Below are positions 37,941-47,211 of a DNA stretch of 64,000 bases, in pieces. Below the pieces are notes generated by a model. It was given only the letters and a program-made list of their open reading frames with translations, made no database searches and had not been told where the DNA came from. A program made the translations under genes and the position numbers. Positions within the stretch are counted from its first letter, which is position 1. Each line of letters opens with the position of its first letter. Location: positions 12,898 to 76,897 of the forward strand of contig CBDBFU010000004.1 of NCBI GenBank assembly GCA_965205025.1, given 5' to 3'. This stretch comes from Candidatus Poribacteria bacterium. GTDB lineage: Bacteria; Poribacteria; WGA-4E; WGA-3G.

Positions 37941-39935
37941 ATGCATTCAAGCAATTCGCTATATTTCTCAGGAGTAAATCGTCTTCAAAATTATGTTTCA
38001 GTAATATTGGTGAATTTATTCGTTGGAATGATTTTTTCCGTATCACCTATTATCGCAGAAATTGAATCCAATTCCTCAGAAGATATTGCTGTTGAATTAG
38101 ATCCTGTGGTCGTTACAGCAACAAAAACACCGCATCGTCTATCAGATTCACCTGTTATTACAGAACTAATTACTCGCGAAGAAATTGAAGCAACTGGCGC
38201 AGAAAACGTTGGTGAAGTATTAGAGTACAAATCAGGGGTAATCATACATCGAGATGGACATGGGGATGGTGTACAACTTCAGGGACTTGATTCTGAGTAT
38301 GTATTAATTCTCATAGATGGTGAACCACAGATTGGACGTATAGCTGGCAAACTGGATTTGGCACGACTCAGTATTGAAAATGTCGAAAGAATTGAAATAG
38401 TCAAAGGGGCAACTTCATCACTATTTGGCAATGCTGCACTCGCAGGAGTCATAAATATAATCACTCGAAAAGCTACCGGACCATTGGCAATTCAAATCTC
38501 TCAAAATATAGAACAATACAATAATTATGATAGTAGAGGAACTATTGAATTACATCAAGGGAATCTCAATGGGTTACTTTCATTAAGTGCCAATAGCAGA
38601 AATCCTATAGATTTTGATACATCTGATCTTACAACAACAATTGACGGATATGCCAATATCACAGGTTCATTACGCACAGAATATACCGTAACACCTACTA
38701 CAAATATACTGTTATCAGGACAATACTTTATTCAAGACCAAGAAGGTATTAGTGAGAACGGTCCAATTGTATTTGACAGACTGGGTGATATCGAGAACAT
38801 AAGTGCAACTTTAGGTATAATACGAGAATTTGACTTTGTGAGTATTGAAAATGTGGCTACTTCATTTTTCACAGGGAAAATATATTTAACACGATATGAT
38901 GATGTATCTACAGTAATCAATAGGAATACAGAGGAAACAACATCACAAAATATTAATATCCAAGATCTTATCAAAGGTGAAATCCAATTCGACACAACAC
39001 TATGGCAGAAACATCAATTGACCTTTGGTAGTGAGATAATTCTTGAGAATTTACAGTCGCAACGTATAAATGGAGGCGAACGTGAAATACTAACAAATTC
39101 GCTCTTCCTACAAAATGAGTATAGACCCTTCACTCCGGTTGCTGTTGTCATCGGAGGACGTTTAGATCATCACTCAGAATTCGGTAGTCATTTCAGTCCA
39201 AAATTGAGTTCGTTGTATAAAATCACAGATAATCTTCGGATACGTGCTTCCTATGGACAGGGTTTTCGAGCACCAGATTTTAAGAATCTATATCTCAACT
39301 TTACAAATGTCACATCCGGATATCAGGTATTAGGAAATGCATACCTACAACCCGAATCATCACATAACTGGAATATCGGGATTGACTATCATTTCTCAAG
39401 AGTCCTTATGGGTAGAATACACATGTATAGAAATGACTTACATAACCTGATTGAGGCAGAACGTATAGGTCAGAGTGTGTTAGGTGGAAGTAAATTTGAA
39501 TACCAAAATATTAACCAAGCATATACAGAAGGTGTTGATGTTGAAATCCTGTTAGGTAGTCTTGGGGGGTTCACATCAACAGTGGGTTATGCCTATCTCA
39601 GAGGGGCAGATAAAAACACAGGACTTCCTCTGCTCAACCGTTCTACACATAGCACAACCCTTAAATTTTCATATTTCCATCTCAAAAGTGGTTTTCGTGT
39701 TGACTTACGTGGCCGATATGCAAGCAAATGGGGTTTCTATGATGATGGGGACAAAATACTTGAACCCGAAGAACTCGCCCCAAGTTACTGGTTATGGAAC
39801 GTCCGAACTTCAAAAAGCCTTTTCAAATTGTTAAAAGTTTCAATAGGAATAAACAATGTTTTTGACTTCAAAATTCCCAGATATTATACATTTATCGGCC
39901 GTTCATTCTATGGTGGTTTATCACTGGATTATTAA
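37941..39935 (+). CDS. TonB-dependent receptor (heme/siderophore/cobalamin type)
   Basis: Signal peptide, TonB box DPVVVTATK, plug then beta-barrel. 664 aa. Confidence 0.8.
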   Translation: MHSSNSLYFSGVNRLQNYVSVILVNLFVGMIFSVSPIIAEIESNSSEDIAVELDPVVVTATKTPHRLSDSPVITELITREEIEATGAENVGEVLEYKSGVIIHRDGHGDGVQLQGLDSEYVLILIDGEPQIGRIAGKLDLARLSIENVERIEIVKGATSSLFGNAALAGVINIITRKATGPLAIQISQNIEQYNNYDSRGTIELHQGNLNGLLSLSANSRNPIDFDTSDLTTTIDGYANITGSLRTEYTVTPTTNILLSGQYFIQDQEGISENGPIVFDRLGDIENISATLGIIREFDFVSIENVATSFFTGKIYLTRYDDVSTVINRNTEETTSQNINIQDLIKGEIQFDTTLWQKHQLTFGSEIILENLQSQRINGGEREILTNSLFLQNEYRPFTPVAVVIGGRLDHHSEFGSHFSPKLSSLYKITDNLRIRASYGQGFRAPDFKNLYLNFTNVTSGYQVLGNAYLQPESSHNWNIGIDYHFSRVLMGRIHMYRNDLHNLIEAERIGQSVLGGSKFEYQNINQAYTEGVDVEILLGSLGGFTSTVGYAYLRGADKNTGLPLLNRSTHSTTLKFSYFHLKSGFRVDLRGRYASKWGFYDDGDKILEPEELAPSYWLWNVRTSKSLFKLLKVSIGINNVFDFKIPRYYTFIGRSFYGGLSLDY

Positions 39936-39939
39936 GACC

Positions 39940-39972
39940 TTCGGTAGGACGTGTCATGGCGTTCCTACCGAA
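39940..39972. repeat. GGTAGG-type REP-like hairpin after the receptor gene
   Basis: TTCGGTAGGACG-TGTCATGG-CGTTCCTACCGAA. No T-tract follows, so it is not a classic terminator. Confidence 0.45.
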
Positions 39973-40032
39973 TAATAGGGCGAAAAAACTACATTCAATA
40001 GTTATTTGCCTAAACACAAAAGGAGCAACTTG

Positions 40033-40680
40033 ATGAAAAGGTTAATGTGCATACACAACTTCATTCTTAGCACAACCACTCTTTTTATCTTAACATTCAG
40101 TATTTCACAATTAAATGTAAGTGCTGAAATTAACCACAAATCTTTGACTGTTGATGCGACTGATCGAGAGCAATGGGTATATTTTAACCTGTCTGAATCA
40201 GATGTTGTTGACATCAAAGATCCAACCACATCCCTCAAATGGGATATCGGATTTAAAAGGACTGCCATTATTACAAATGGTGGTATTAATGGTCCAGGAG
40301 AATCCGCTACATTGATATTAACTGACACATCCTTTGAAAGTGTTGATGTTGCCCCTGAGGGAGATTACATCTCAGATACCGATCAGATTGCTACATTTGC
40401 TCGTGGTGATGGGTGGTATACCTATACTGGTCCGCCAAATCACTGGATATTGGTAAATGATAAAATCTATATACTACGGACTGCTGCAGGTAATTATGCA
40501 AAACTCCGTTTTATCGGATATTATGAAAATAATGATACAAAAGAAGGTTCAGGATATATCAGTTTTGAATATGTCCTGCAGAATAATGGAAGTCGATTTT
40601 TTATTGACATATCCCCAGCTGATATAAACGCTATAAAGAAGTTAACTATCACGTGGGCAGAAGTTAAGAAAAATCGATAA
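40033..40680 (+). CDS. HmuY-like heme-binding lipoprotein candidate, copy 1
   Basis: AGGAG RBS then ATG 40033. Signal peptide. ...REQWVYFNLSESDVVDIKDPTTSLKWDIGFKRT...GWYTYTGPPNHWIL...YAKLRFIGYYENN... Paralogous to 41081-41767. Confidence 0.5.
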   Translation: MKRLMCIHNFILSTTTLFILTFSISQLNVSAEINHKSLTVDATDREQWVYFNLSESDVVDIKDPTTSLKWDIGFKRTAIITNGGINGPGESATLILTDTSFESVDVAPEGDYISDTDQIATFARGDGWYTYTGPPNHWILVNDKIYILRTAAGNYAKLRFIGYYENNDTKEGSGYISFEYVLQNNGSRFFIDISPADINAIKKLTITWAEVKKNR

Positions 40681-40803
40681 GTCTATATGTGCGAGGAATA
40701 ACTACAACTCCTCGCACATCTCAAATATGTCTTACATTAGTTTCAATAGAGGAATTAAACGAATTATCTAATTTACAACTTATCCCGTAAACAGGAGTGA
40801 CTT

Positions 40804-41034
40804 ATGGGTCAGAAAACAAAATACCTATCACATGACGAAATCTGTGCAGTTTATTCATGTCTTCAAGGTCATATACACGTTAGATTCCGATCCTTGGATA
40901 TTACAATGGAACCGGAAGAATTTTCTCAATTTACGAGTGTATTGTTTGATGCTTTCAAAACCCTGCGTGAGGCAAACAAACCTATTAACGAAGAGGTTAA
41001 TTTGGAAGATATTGAAGTCTTACCTAAAGTCTAA
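40804..41034 (+). CDS. small hypothetical protein (76 aa) between the two HmuY-like genes
   Basis: Protein-like composition (HVRFRSLDITMEPEEFSQFTSVLFDAFKTLREANKPINEE). No homology recognised. Confidence 0.3.
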   Translation: MGQKTKYLSHDEICAVYSCLQGHIHVRFRSLDITMEPEEFSQFTSVLFDAFKTLREANKPINEEVNLEDIEVLPKV

Positions 41035-41080
41035 ATTTTATTTGACGGTCAAAGTATCGTCCATTAGAGGTTATTTAATC

Positions 41081-41767
41081 ATGGATATTATCAAAGATTA
41101 CTTCACTTGGCGAATTGTTGTTTGGATTATGTTATTTCTGGGTATATTCATTCTCTTTAGTTGCAGGGCAGCTGATAACGAAGGACTTGAGCAAGTCCTT
41201 ATAGATTCAAAGGCAACCGATGATACAAACAATATTTCTGTAACCCCAGATAATAATGAACCATTGGATGAACCAATTAAGTTAGATACATTGACATTTA
41301 CCGTTGATGCAACCAGTAGAGAACAATGGTCATACTTCTCTTTTCAGTCAGGAAATATCGTAGATATTGAGGATCCACTCAATTCGGAAGAATGGGATAT
41401 CGGTTTTAAACTAACACAGGTTAAATTAAATGGTGGAGTCAGTGGTCCAGGAATGGGAAGTGTTGTCATGCTTACAGAGACTACCTTTGAAGAGGTAACA
41501 ATTGCCCCAGAAGATGGATACCGTTCCGACTCAGAAGACACCCTCGCTATCGTACCACAGAGTGAGAAAGGTTGGTACGTTTATACTGGACCACCTACAC
41601 ATTGGGTATTACCGCTTGAGGATCGTGTATTTGTAATGAAAACTGCAGATGGTACATATGCGAAAGTTCGTTTCGTTGGATACTATAAAGATAACGAAAA
41701 AAAAGAAGACAGCGGATTCGTTACCTTGGATTATGTACATCAACCAGATGGAAGTCGGAACTTTTAA
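41081..41767 (+). CDS. HmuY-like heme-binding lipoprotein candidate, copy 2
   Basis: AGAGG RBS then ATG 41081. Lipobox ILFSC. ...REQWSYFSFQSGNIVDIEDPLNSEEWDIGFKLT...GWYVYTGPPTHWVL...YAKVRFVGYYKDN... Confidence 0.5.
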   Translation: MDIIKDYFTWRIVVWIMLFLGIFILFSCRAADNEGLEQVLIDSKATDDTNNISVTPDNNEPLDEPIKLDTLTFTVDATSREQWSYFSFQSGNIVDIEDPLNSEEWDIGFKLTQVKLNGGVSGPGMGSVVMLTETTFEEVTIAPEDGYRSDSEDTLAIVPQSEKGWYVYTGPPTHWVLPLEDRVFVMKTADGTYAKVRFVGYYKDNEKKEDSGFVTLDYVHQPDGSRNF

Positions 41768-41974
41768 AATTAATCCATTTAGTGATTAATACATATGTAA
41801 GAGGGAAGAAGCATAGGTCTTTACTTAGTATATACAGAAAAACTGAACAATGAGTTCATGAAGGGTTGGATATGAAACTTGTATAAAACAATATGCTGTA
41901 GCATATTGGCGCACAAAATCTCCTTAATTAAAACAGATTTCATATCCAATCAATCATCTTCAAGAGGAATAGAA

Positions 41975-42943
41975 ATGGATATAATAAAATCTGATTTGTT
42001 CAAAGTATGGATATTAACTGTTTTCATTTACATTCTATTAACATTTGTACTTTGTTTCGTTGTTGCCGATACACTTGAGGTGACAGATGCAGAGGGCAAA
42101 ACCATCGTTATTGATTCTTCTGCCCGTATAGTAAGTCTAAATGGTAGTACAACAGAGATTCTTTTCGCACTTGGTGTCGGTGAAAAAGTCGTTGGATGTG
42201 ATGCTTCATCAACATATCCAAAAGGTGTAAGAGAAAAACTACCAAGTGTTGGATACCAATACGGTCTTAATGCTGAAGGAATCTTATCTTTGAAACCAAC
42301 ATTAGTCATTGGTAGGAATGATGTCAAACCACCACAAGTTGTAAAACAGCTACGTATGGCAGGTGTAACGGTATTATTGCTTGAGGAGCCTCGTAGTTTT
42401 GAGACTGCAAAAAAGAGATTACACATTATTGGTAAAGTGGTTGGAAAAGAGAAAAAGGCTAAGGAGTTAATAAAAATATTAGATGCCGATATCAAAAAAT
42501 TAGAAACTAAACTTGCATCACGTAAAGATAAAACCAAGCAAAAAGCACTGTTTCTCTATCTCCGTGGAACCCAAACTACATTGGTATTAGGTAAGGATAC
42601 TGCTCAAGCTGCAATGTTAGAAATAGTAGGTGCAGAAAACGCTGCAGGTAATATAAAAGGTAACAAACCTATGACAGCTGAAGCGGTAATTGCAGCACAG
42701 CCAGATGTGTATGTATTATTCACAACTGGTTTAGAATCAGTTGGCGGAGTGGAAGGGTTACTAAAATTACCTGGATTAGCTCATACACCTGCGGGGAAGA
42801 ATAAACGGGTGGTTGCAATGTCAGGACAGTACATATCTGGGTTTGGCCCTCGAAGTGGTAAGGCTGCGCTTGATTTATTCCAAGGTATCCATGAGGAAGT
42901 AGGAACTTTCATTGCTGAAGGTGAAGAAAGAGAATTAGAATAA
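41975..42943 (+). CDS. ABC transporter periplasmic substrate-binding protein, heme/Fe-siderophore/cobalamin class (HmuT/BtuF-like, Peripla_BP_2)
   Basis: AAGAGGA RBS then ATG 41975. TM/signal. ...RIVSLNGSTTEILFALGVGEKVVGCDASSTYP... is the typical opening of this class. Confidence 0.75.
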   Translation: MDIIKSDLFKVWILTVFIYILLTFVLCFVVADTLEVTDAEGKTIVIDSSARIVSLNGSTTEILFALGVGEKVVGCDASSTYPKGVREKLPSVGYQYGLNAEGILSLKPTLVIGRNDVKPPQVVKQLRMAGVTVLLLEEPRSFETAKKRLHIIGKVVGKEKKAKELIKILDADIKKLETKLASRKDKTKQKALFLYLRGTQTTLVLGKDTAQAAMLEIVGAENAAGNIKGNKPMTAEAVIAAQPDVYVLFTTGLESVGGVEGLLKLPGLAHTPAGKNKRVVAMSGQYISGFGPRSGKAALDLFQGIHEEVGTFIAEGEERELE

Positions 42944-42957
42944 GAACATTCCAGAAC

Positions 42958-43953
42958 ATGCAAAAACGTACAAAGCTAATTCTATTACTCACCATCTTAC
43001 TCCCGGCATCAATTTGTGTTGCAGCTGGAATTGGGGCATATCGTATATTACCATGGAAAATACCAAAAATACTACTCTTCAAAGAGGAAGGTTTTCCAAT
43101 CTTGCTATACGTGCGGTTTCCACGCGTCCTGTTAGCTGCTCTCGTTGGTTCTATGTTAGCTATTTCGGGAACTACTCTCCAAGGTATCTTTCGTAATCCA
43201 CTCGCAGATCCTGGACTCATCGGAATAACAGCAGGTGCTGGTTTAGGAGCTTCAATATGGATAGTTTTAGTTGGTGGTGGTAAAATAGGGTTATGGGGAC
43301 TACCTATCGCAGCTTTTGGCTGTGGGATGTTTGTAACCTTAGCAGTCTGGAAAGTATCAGAAATACAAGGTAAAGTCCATACTGTAACCTTACTGTTAGC
43401 AGGAATTGCGCTCAACAGTCTCGCCGGATCAGGTATCGGGTTAATGACCTTTCTTGCTGACGATGAACAACTGAGGAGTCTTACTTTCTGGCTACTTGGA
43501 GGGTTTGGCGGAGCAACATGGACGGTTCTATTAGTAACACTACCGATAGGTATTATTGGCTTATTCTTATTATTAGGACAAGGTTCGGCACTCAACACAT
43601 TAAACCTTGGTGAATCTGAAGCATACCATCTCGGTGTTCCCACAGAATCAATAAAACGTGTATCAGTTTTTGGTGTTGCTTTAACTGTTGGAGCAGCGGT
43701 TTCTGCAGCTGGGGGAATTGGGTTTGTTGGACTTGTTGTCCCTCACCTTCTACGACTTTTGGGAGGGGCAGATCATCGGTTTGTCTTACCAGGTTCGGCA
43801 CTTGGTGGAGCAATTTTGTTGATTTTAGCAGACCTATTTTCACGGACTATTGTAGTTCCCGCAGAATTACCGGTTGGCATTGTTACTGCACTACTCGGCG
43901 GACCTTTCTTCTTATGGCTTCTAATCAGATTTAAACGACAGATTCTTCTTTAG
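42958..43953 (+). CDS. FecCD-family ABC transporter permease (HmuU-like)
   Basis: Nine predicted TM helices. Conserved ...ALVGSMLAISGTTLQGIFRNPLADPGLIGITAGAGLGA... Confidence 0.8.
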   Translation: MQKRTKLILLLTILLPASICVAAGIGAYRILPWKIPKILLFKEEGFPILLYVRFPRVLLAALVGSMLAISGTTLQGIFRNPLADPGLIGITAGAGLGASIWIVLVGGGKIGLWGLPIAAFGCGMFVTLAVWKVSEIQGKVHTVTLLLAGIALNSLAGSGIGLMTFLADDEQLRSLTFWLLGGFGGATWTVLLVTLPIGIIGLFLLLGQGSALNTLNLGESEAYHLGVPTESIKRVSVFGVALTVGAAVSAAGGIGFVGLVVPHLLRLLGGADHRFVLPGSALGGAILLILADLFSRTIVVPAELPVGIVTALLGGPFFLWLLIRFKRQILL

Positions 43954-44005
43954 ATAAATGTCAGTAATTGGATTTAAATTTAATTTAGTACATTGAGGTG
44001 CTTTC

Positions 44006-44692
44006 ATGATAGAGCTGGAAGATGTCGGATACAAGGTCAATGAAAAATGGTTAGTCCGCGACATTAACCTTACAATAAAAAACGGTGTGTTTTGGGGATT
44101 TATTGGACCAAATGGTGCTGGGAAATCAACCCTCTTACGACTAATCTCAGGCGAACTTACACCAACAAATGGTGAAATTCGATTTTTTGGCAAACCAATA
44201 AATAGTTATCAACCCACAGAACTCGCACGACTCCGAGCATATTTACAGCAACAAAGAGAAGTTAATTTTCCTTTCACTTCATTAGAGATAGTGTTGTTTG
44301 GACGATACCCATATTTAAATGGAACAAAAGAGTCTGAGAGTGATATAGGAATTGCACGAAAATCATTAAAACGGGTTGAAGCTGAAATGTTTGAAGATAG
44401 ACATTATCCAACCTTATCTGGAGGTGAGGCAGGTCGTATTGACATAGCTCGAATTCTCGCTCAAGCTCCAGGGTTATTGTTATTAGATGAACCAACGAAT
44501 CATCTTGATCCAAGACACCAAGTACAAATATTAAACCTATGCAAAGGTATCTGTGAACAAGGTAAGACCGTAATTACCGCAATACACGATCTTAACCTCG
44601 CATCAATGTATGCTGATCAAATATTAATGTTGAAAAATGGAGTTTCTATAACGTCTGGTCCTCCAGAAGATGTATTTAAAAAAACATGTTAA
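44006..44692 (+). CDS. ABC transporter ATP-binding protein (HmuV-like)
   Basis: Walker A GPNGAGKST, signature LSGGE, Walker B LLLLDEPTNHLD. Confidence 0.85.
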   Translation: MIELEDVGYKVNEKWLVRDINLTIKNGVFWGFIGPNGAGKSTLLRLISGELTPTNGEIRFFGKPINSYQPTELARLRAYLQQQREVNFPFTSLEIVLFGRYPYLNGTKESESDIGIARKSLKRVEAEMFEDRHYPTLSGGEAGRIDIARILAQAPGLLLLDEPTNHLDPRHQVQILNLCKGICEQGKTVITAIHDLNLASMYADQILMLKNGVSITSGPPEDVFKKTC

Positions 44693-44861
44693 CCAAAACC
44701 TATGGTATATCGTTTAATATTCTAAAGCATCCTGATGGATATCCATGGGTGATGCCGAATCTCAATTGTCTATAGATTCATTTACTATTATCATCTTTAG
44801 ATTTGTTGATTCTATAGATGATTGATTTGCGGACGTTCAACATATTAAGATTGGAGACAGA

Positions 44862-45317
44862 ATGGAACAAGCGAAAATAGATACAATCATAGAGGAACTT
44901 ATTAAAGCATATTGGTTAGAATTAGAGGCTACAATTAATTTTTTGGCAATATCCGTTGATTTGGATGGAATCCGAGCGGAAGAGATTAAGAAATCTTTGG
45001 CAGCTGATATTCAAACAGAAATTGATCATGCACAGCAGCTTGCTGCACGTATCAAAGAGATAGGCGGACGTGTTCCGGGTTCATACGATTTTGAACCGAG
45101 ACAGGCTTCACTTCAACCACCTGAAGATACAACAGATGTCGTAGTGGCTATACATGGCGTTATTGAGGCTGAAAATAGTGCAATAGAACAATACAACAAA
45201 ATTATCCGTTTATGTGATGGGTTAGACTACGTCACACAAGACCTTTGTATTAGACTTCTTGCAGACGAAGAAACACATCGAAGAGAATTTAGAGGATTCC
45301 TTAAAGAATACGAATAG
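44862..45317 (+). CDS. ferritin-like / bacterioferritin-like protein
   Basis: 151 aa four-helix-bundle-type sequence. ELEATINFL...IDHAQQLAARIKEIGG...AIEQYNKIIRLCDGLDYVTQDLCIRLLADEETH resembles Bfr di-iron ligand helices. Confidence 0.5.
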   Translation: MEQAKIDTIIEELIKAYWLELEATINFLAISVDLDGIRAEEIKKSLAADIQTEIDHAQQLAARIKEIGGRVPGSYDFEPRQASLQPPEDTTDVVVAIHGVIEAENSAIEQYNKIIRLCDGLDYVTQDLCIRLLADEETHRREFRGFLKEYE

Positions 45318-45408
45318 GATTTCACATTTATACAGATATAAAAAGAGAGCATCGGATTTATTATTCGATGCTCTTCTTTTATGTTATGTTTTATTGATGT
45401 ACATATTA

Positions 45409-46047
45409 CTATTTCTCAAGCACCATGCTCGATTCTGCTGTACCCGTGGATTTAAGAGTAAGTGTTCCATCAGTCACAGTAAAATTAGTTTTTTCGAATG
45501 CCTTTAGAAGATGCATATTGAACTTATCCATCAGGTCTTTTCTCGCAGCAATTTCTCCACCTTCAGCAAACTCATCCAAAAATTCAGGTGGGCTAGAAAT
45601 TAACTTTATATCTTTTTCCAATGTAATCAAGGATAAGACAGAATTGTTAATCGTATAGTTCCCAGACCATGCACCTGTCACTTCAATCTTACCAGCCTTC
45701 TCAGCGTCCCCTCTATTCGGATCTTCAGGAAAATCAAACATTTCAAATTCAAGGTTTACGATCCAAGAACCCTCATCAGCAAAATCATAAGTAAATACAG
45801 ATATTTCTTCTTTCGGTCTATCTTCTATATCCGGTTCCTCAGCATTAATAAAGGCTAAAGGAGGACCGTCATTGATGGATATAACATCCCAGATGCCAAG
45901 TAATTCGGTAGGTGCAACCTCAGGTTCCGGTATTACGGGTTCGGTTATCTCCTTATCCGGTTCTACTTCAGCACTTCCACAACCGCTGATGATTAATATA
46001 GATATTAAAATTAGTATAAACAGACTTGGATATGTCTTTCTATTCAT
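45409..46047 (-). CDS. hypothetical lipoprotein (212 aa)
   Basis: Lipobox LIISGCGSAEVEPD. Acidic and Pro-rich linker. Confidence 0.45.
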   Translation of the reverse strand: MNRKTYPSLFILILISILIISGCGSAEVEPDKEITEPVIPEPEVAPTELLGIWDVISINDGPPLAFINAEEPDIEDRPKEEISVFTYDFADEGSWIVNLEFEMFDFPEDPNRGDAEKAGKIEVTGAWSGNYTINNSVLSLITLEKDIKLISSPPEFLDEFAEGGEIAARKDLMDKFNMHLLKAFEKTNFTVTDGTLTLKSTGTAESSMVLEK

Positions 46048-46131
46048 AATATCCTTAAATAATCTGAAATCTGGATTAAAAGATGCTGTAAATAGGAACT
46101 AAAGAATTAGAATGAAACAGTTAAAGAAACA

Positions 46132-47196
46132 TCACTTTGTCTGATAAACCTTGTCACGGGAATGGAATCCATCCGTAATCACGACTTCATCAAGATTGGC
46201 TTTGTCAACTTGGATTGGTGTAAGTAGAATAGAAGAGACGTCAACTTTTCCATTATTTACTTTCTGCTTCGCTTTTTCAATTGTCTCACCCTTTGCTAAA
46301 GCTACAGCAGCGATCGCAGCTTCCTTGGCAATGAGACGTATCGGTTTATATACAGTCATCGTCTGTGTACCTTTAACAATCCGTTGACATGCAGCAAGTT
46401 CAGCATCCTGTCCAGAAACAAGTACAGTTCCAGCTAAATTTTGCCCTTCAAGTGCCTGAATCACACCGCCTGCAGTTCCATCATTCGAAGCAACAACAGC
46501 ATCTATCTGGTTATTTGTTAGCGTCAATACCTGTTCAGCTTTGTTAAGAGCATCATTCGGATCCCAATTTACCGCCCAATGCTTACCATCTGCAACTAAT
46601 TTTATATCTCCATTATCAATTGCGGGTTGTAAGGCACGGAGTTGACCTTCACGAAGAAGTTGAGCATTATTATCACTGGGGGCACCACCAAGTAAGAAGT
46701 AATTCCCTTTCGGTTTATGTCGAAGGATATATTCGGCTTGCAAATAACCGACCTGTTCATTATCAAAAGAAATGTAGAGATCAGGTTCACTTTCACGAAT
46801 TAATCGATCATAAGCGACAACTTTAATCCCCTCAGCATGTGCAGAGTTTACTATTTGGGATGCAGCCACACTGTCCTTCGGTATCACAACCAGAACATCT
46901 ACCCCTTGTGTGATCATATTCTCTGCCTGTTCGTTCTGTTTGCGCTCATCCCCATCAGCAGATTGTACAATGACTTCTGCACCCAGTTTTTCTGCCTCTT
47001 CAATAAATATATCTCTATCCTTCTGCCAACGTTCAACACGCAATGAATCCATGGACAATCCAATTTTAATTTTCTGGGATGAGTCATCACAACTAAAGAT
47101 TAGAATAGTGCAAAATGCTATCATCAGCAGATGAAATGATAGTTTAAGAACTGGATACTTTGGGATAATCAGACCAAGACTTATTTTTATTTTCAT
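46132..47196 (-). CDS. periplasmic sugar-binding protein of ABC-transporter type (XylF/RbsB-like, Peripla_BP_4); orphan, no adjacent permease or ATPase
   Basis: ...KIGLSMDSLRVERWQKDRDIFIEEAEKLGAEVIVQSADGDERKQNEQAENMITQGVDVLVVIP... is the typical N-lobe of D-xylose/ribose binding proteins. Confidence 0.7.
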   Translation of the reverse strand: MKIKISLGLIIPKYPVLKLSFHLLMIAFCTILIFSCDDSSQKIKIGLSMDSLRVERWQKDRDIFIEEAEKLGAEVIVQSADGDERKQNEQAENMITQGVDVLVVIPKDSVAASQIVNSAHAEGIKVVAYDRLIRESEPDLYISFDNEQVGYLQAEYILRHKPKGNYFLLGGAPSDNNAQLLREGQLRALQPAIDNGDIKLVADGKHWAVNWDPNDALNKAEQVLTLTNNQIDAVVASNDGTAGGVIQALEGQNLAGTVLVSGQDAELAACQRIVKGTQTMTVYKPIRLIAKEAAIAAVALAKGETIEKAKQKVNNGKVDVSSILLTPIQVDKANLDEVVITDGFHSRDKVYQTK

Positions 47197-47211
47197 ACGA
47201 CTTCTCCAACG

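Noticed and set aside
39940-39972. Rho-independent terminator after the TonB receptor gene
   Set aside because: The hairpin is not followed by a T-tract. Reclassified as a GGTAGG-type REP-like palindrome.
42028-42537. 169-aa minus-strand ORF
   Set aside because: Antisense to the periplasmic binding-protein gene. No support.
42909-43643. 244-aa minus-strand ORF
   Set aside because: Antisense to the FecCD permease. Pro/Ala-rich, typical shadow ORF.
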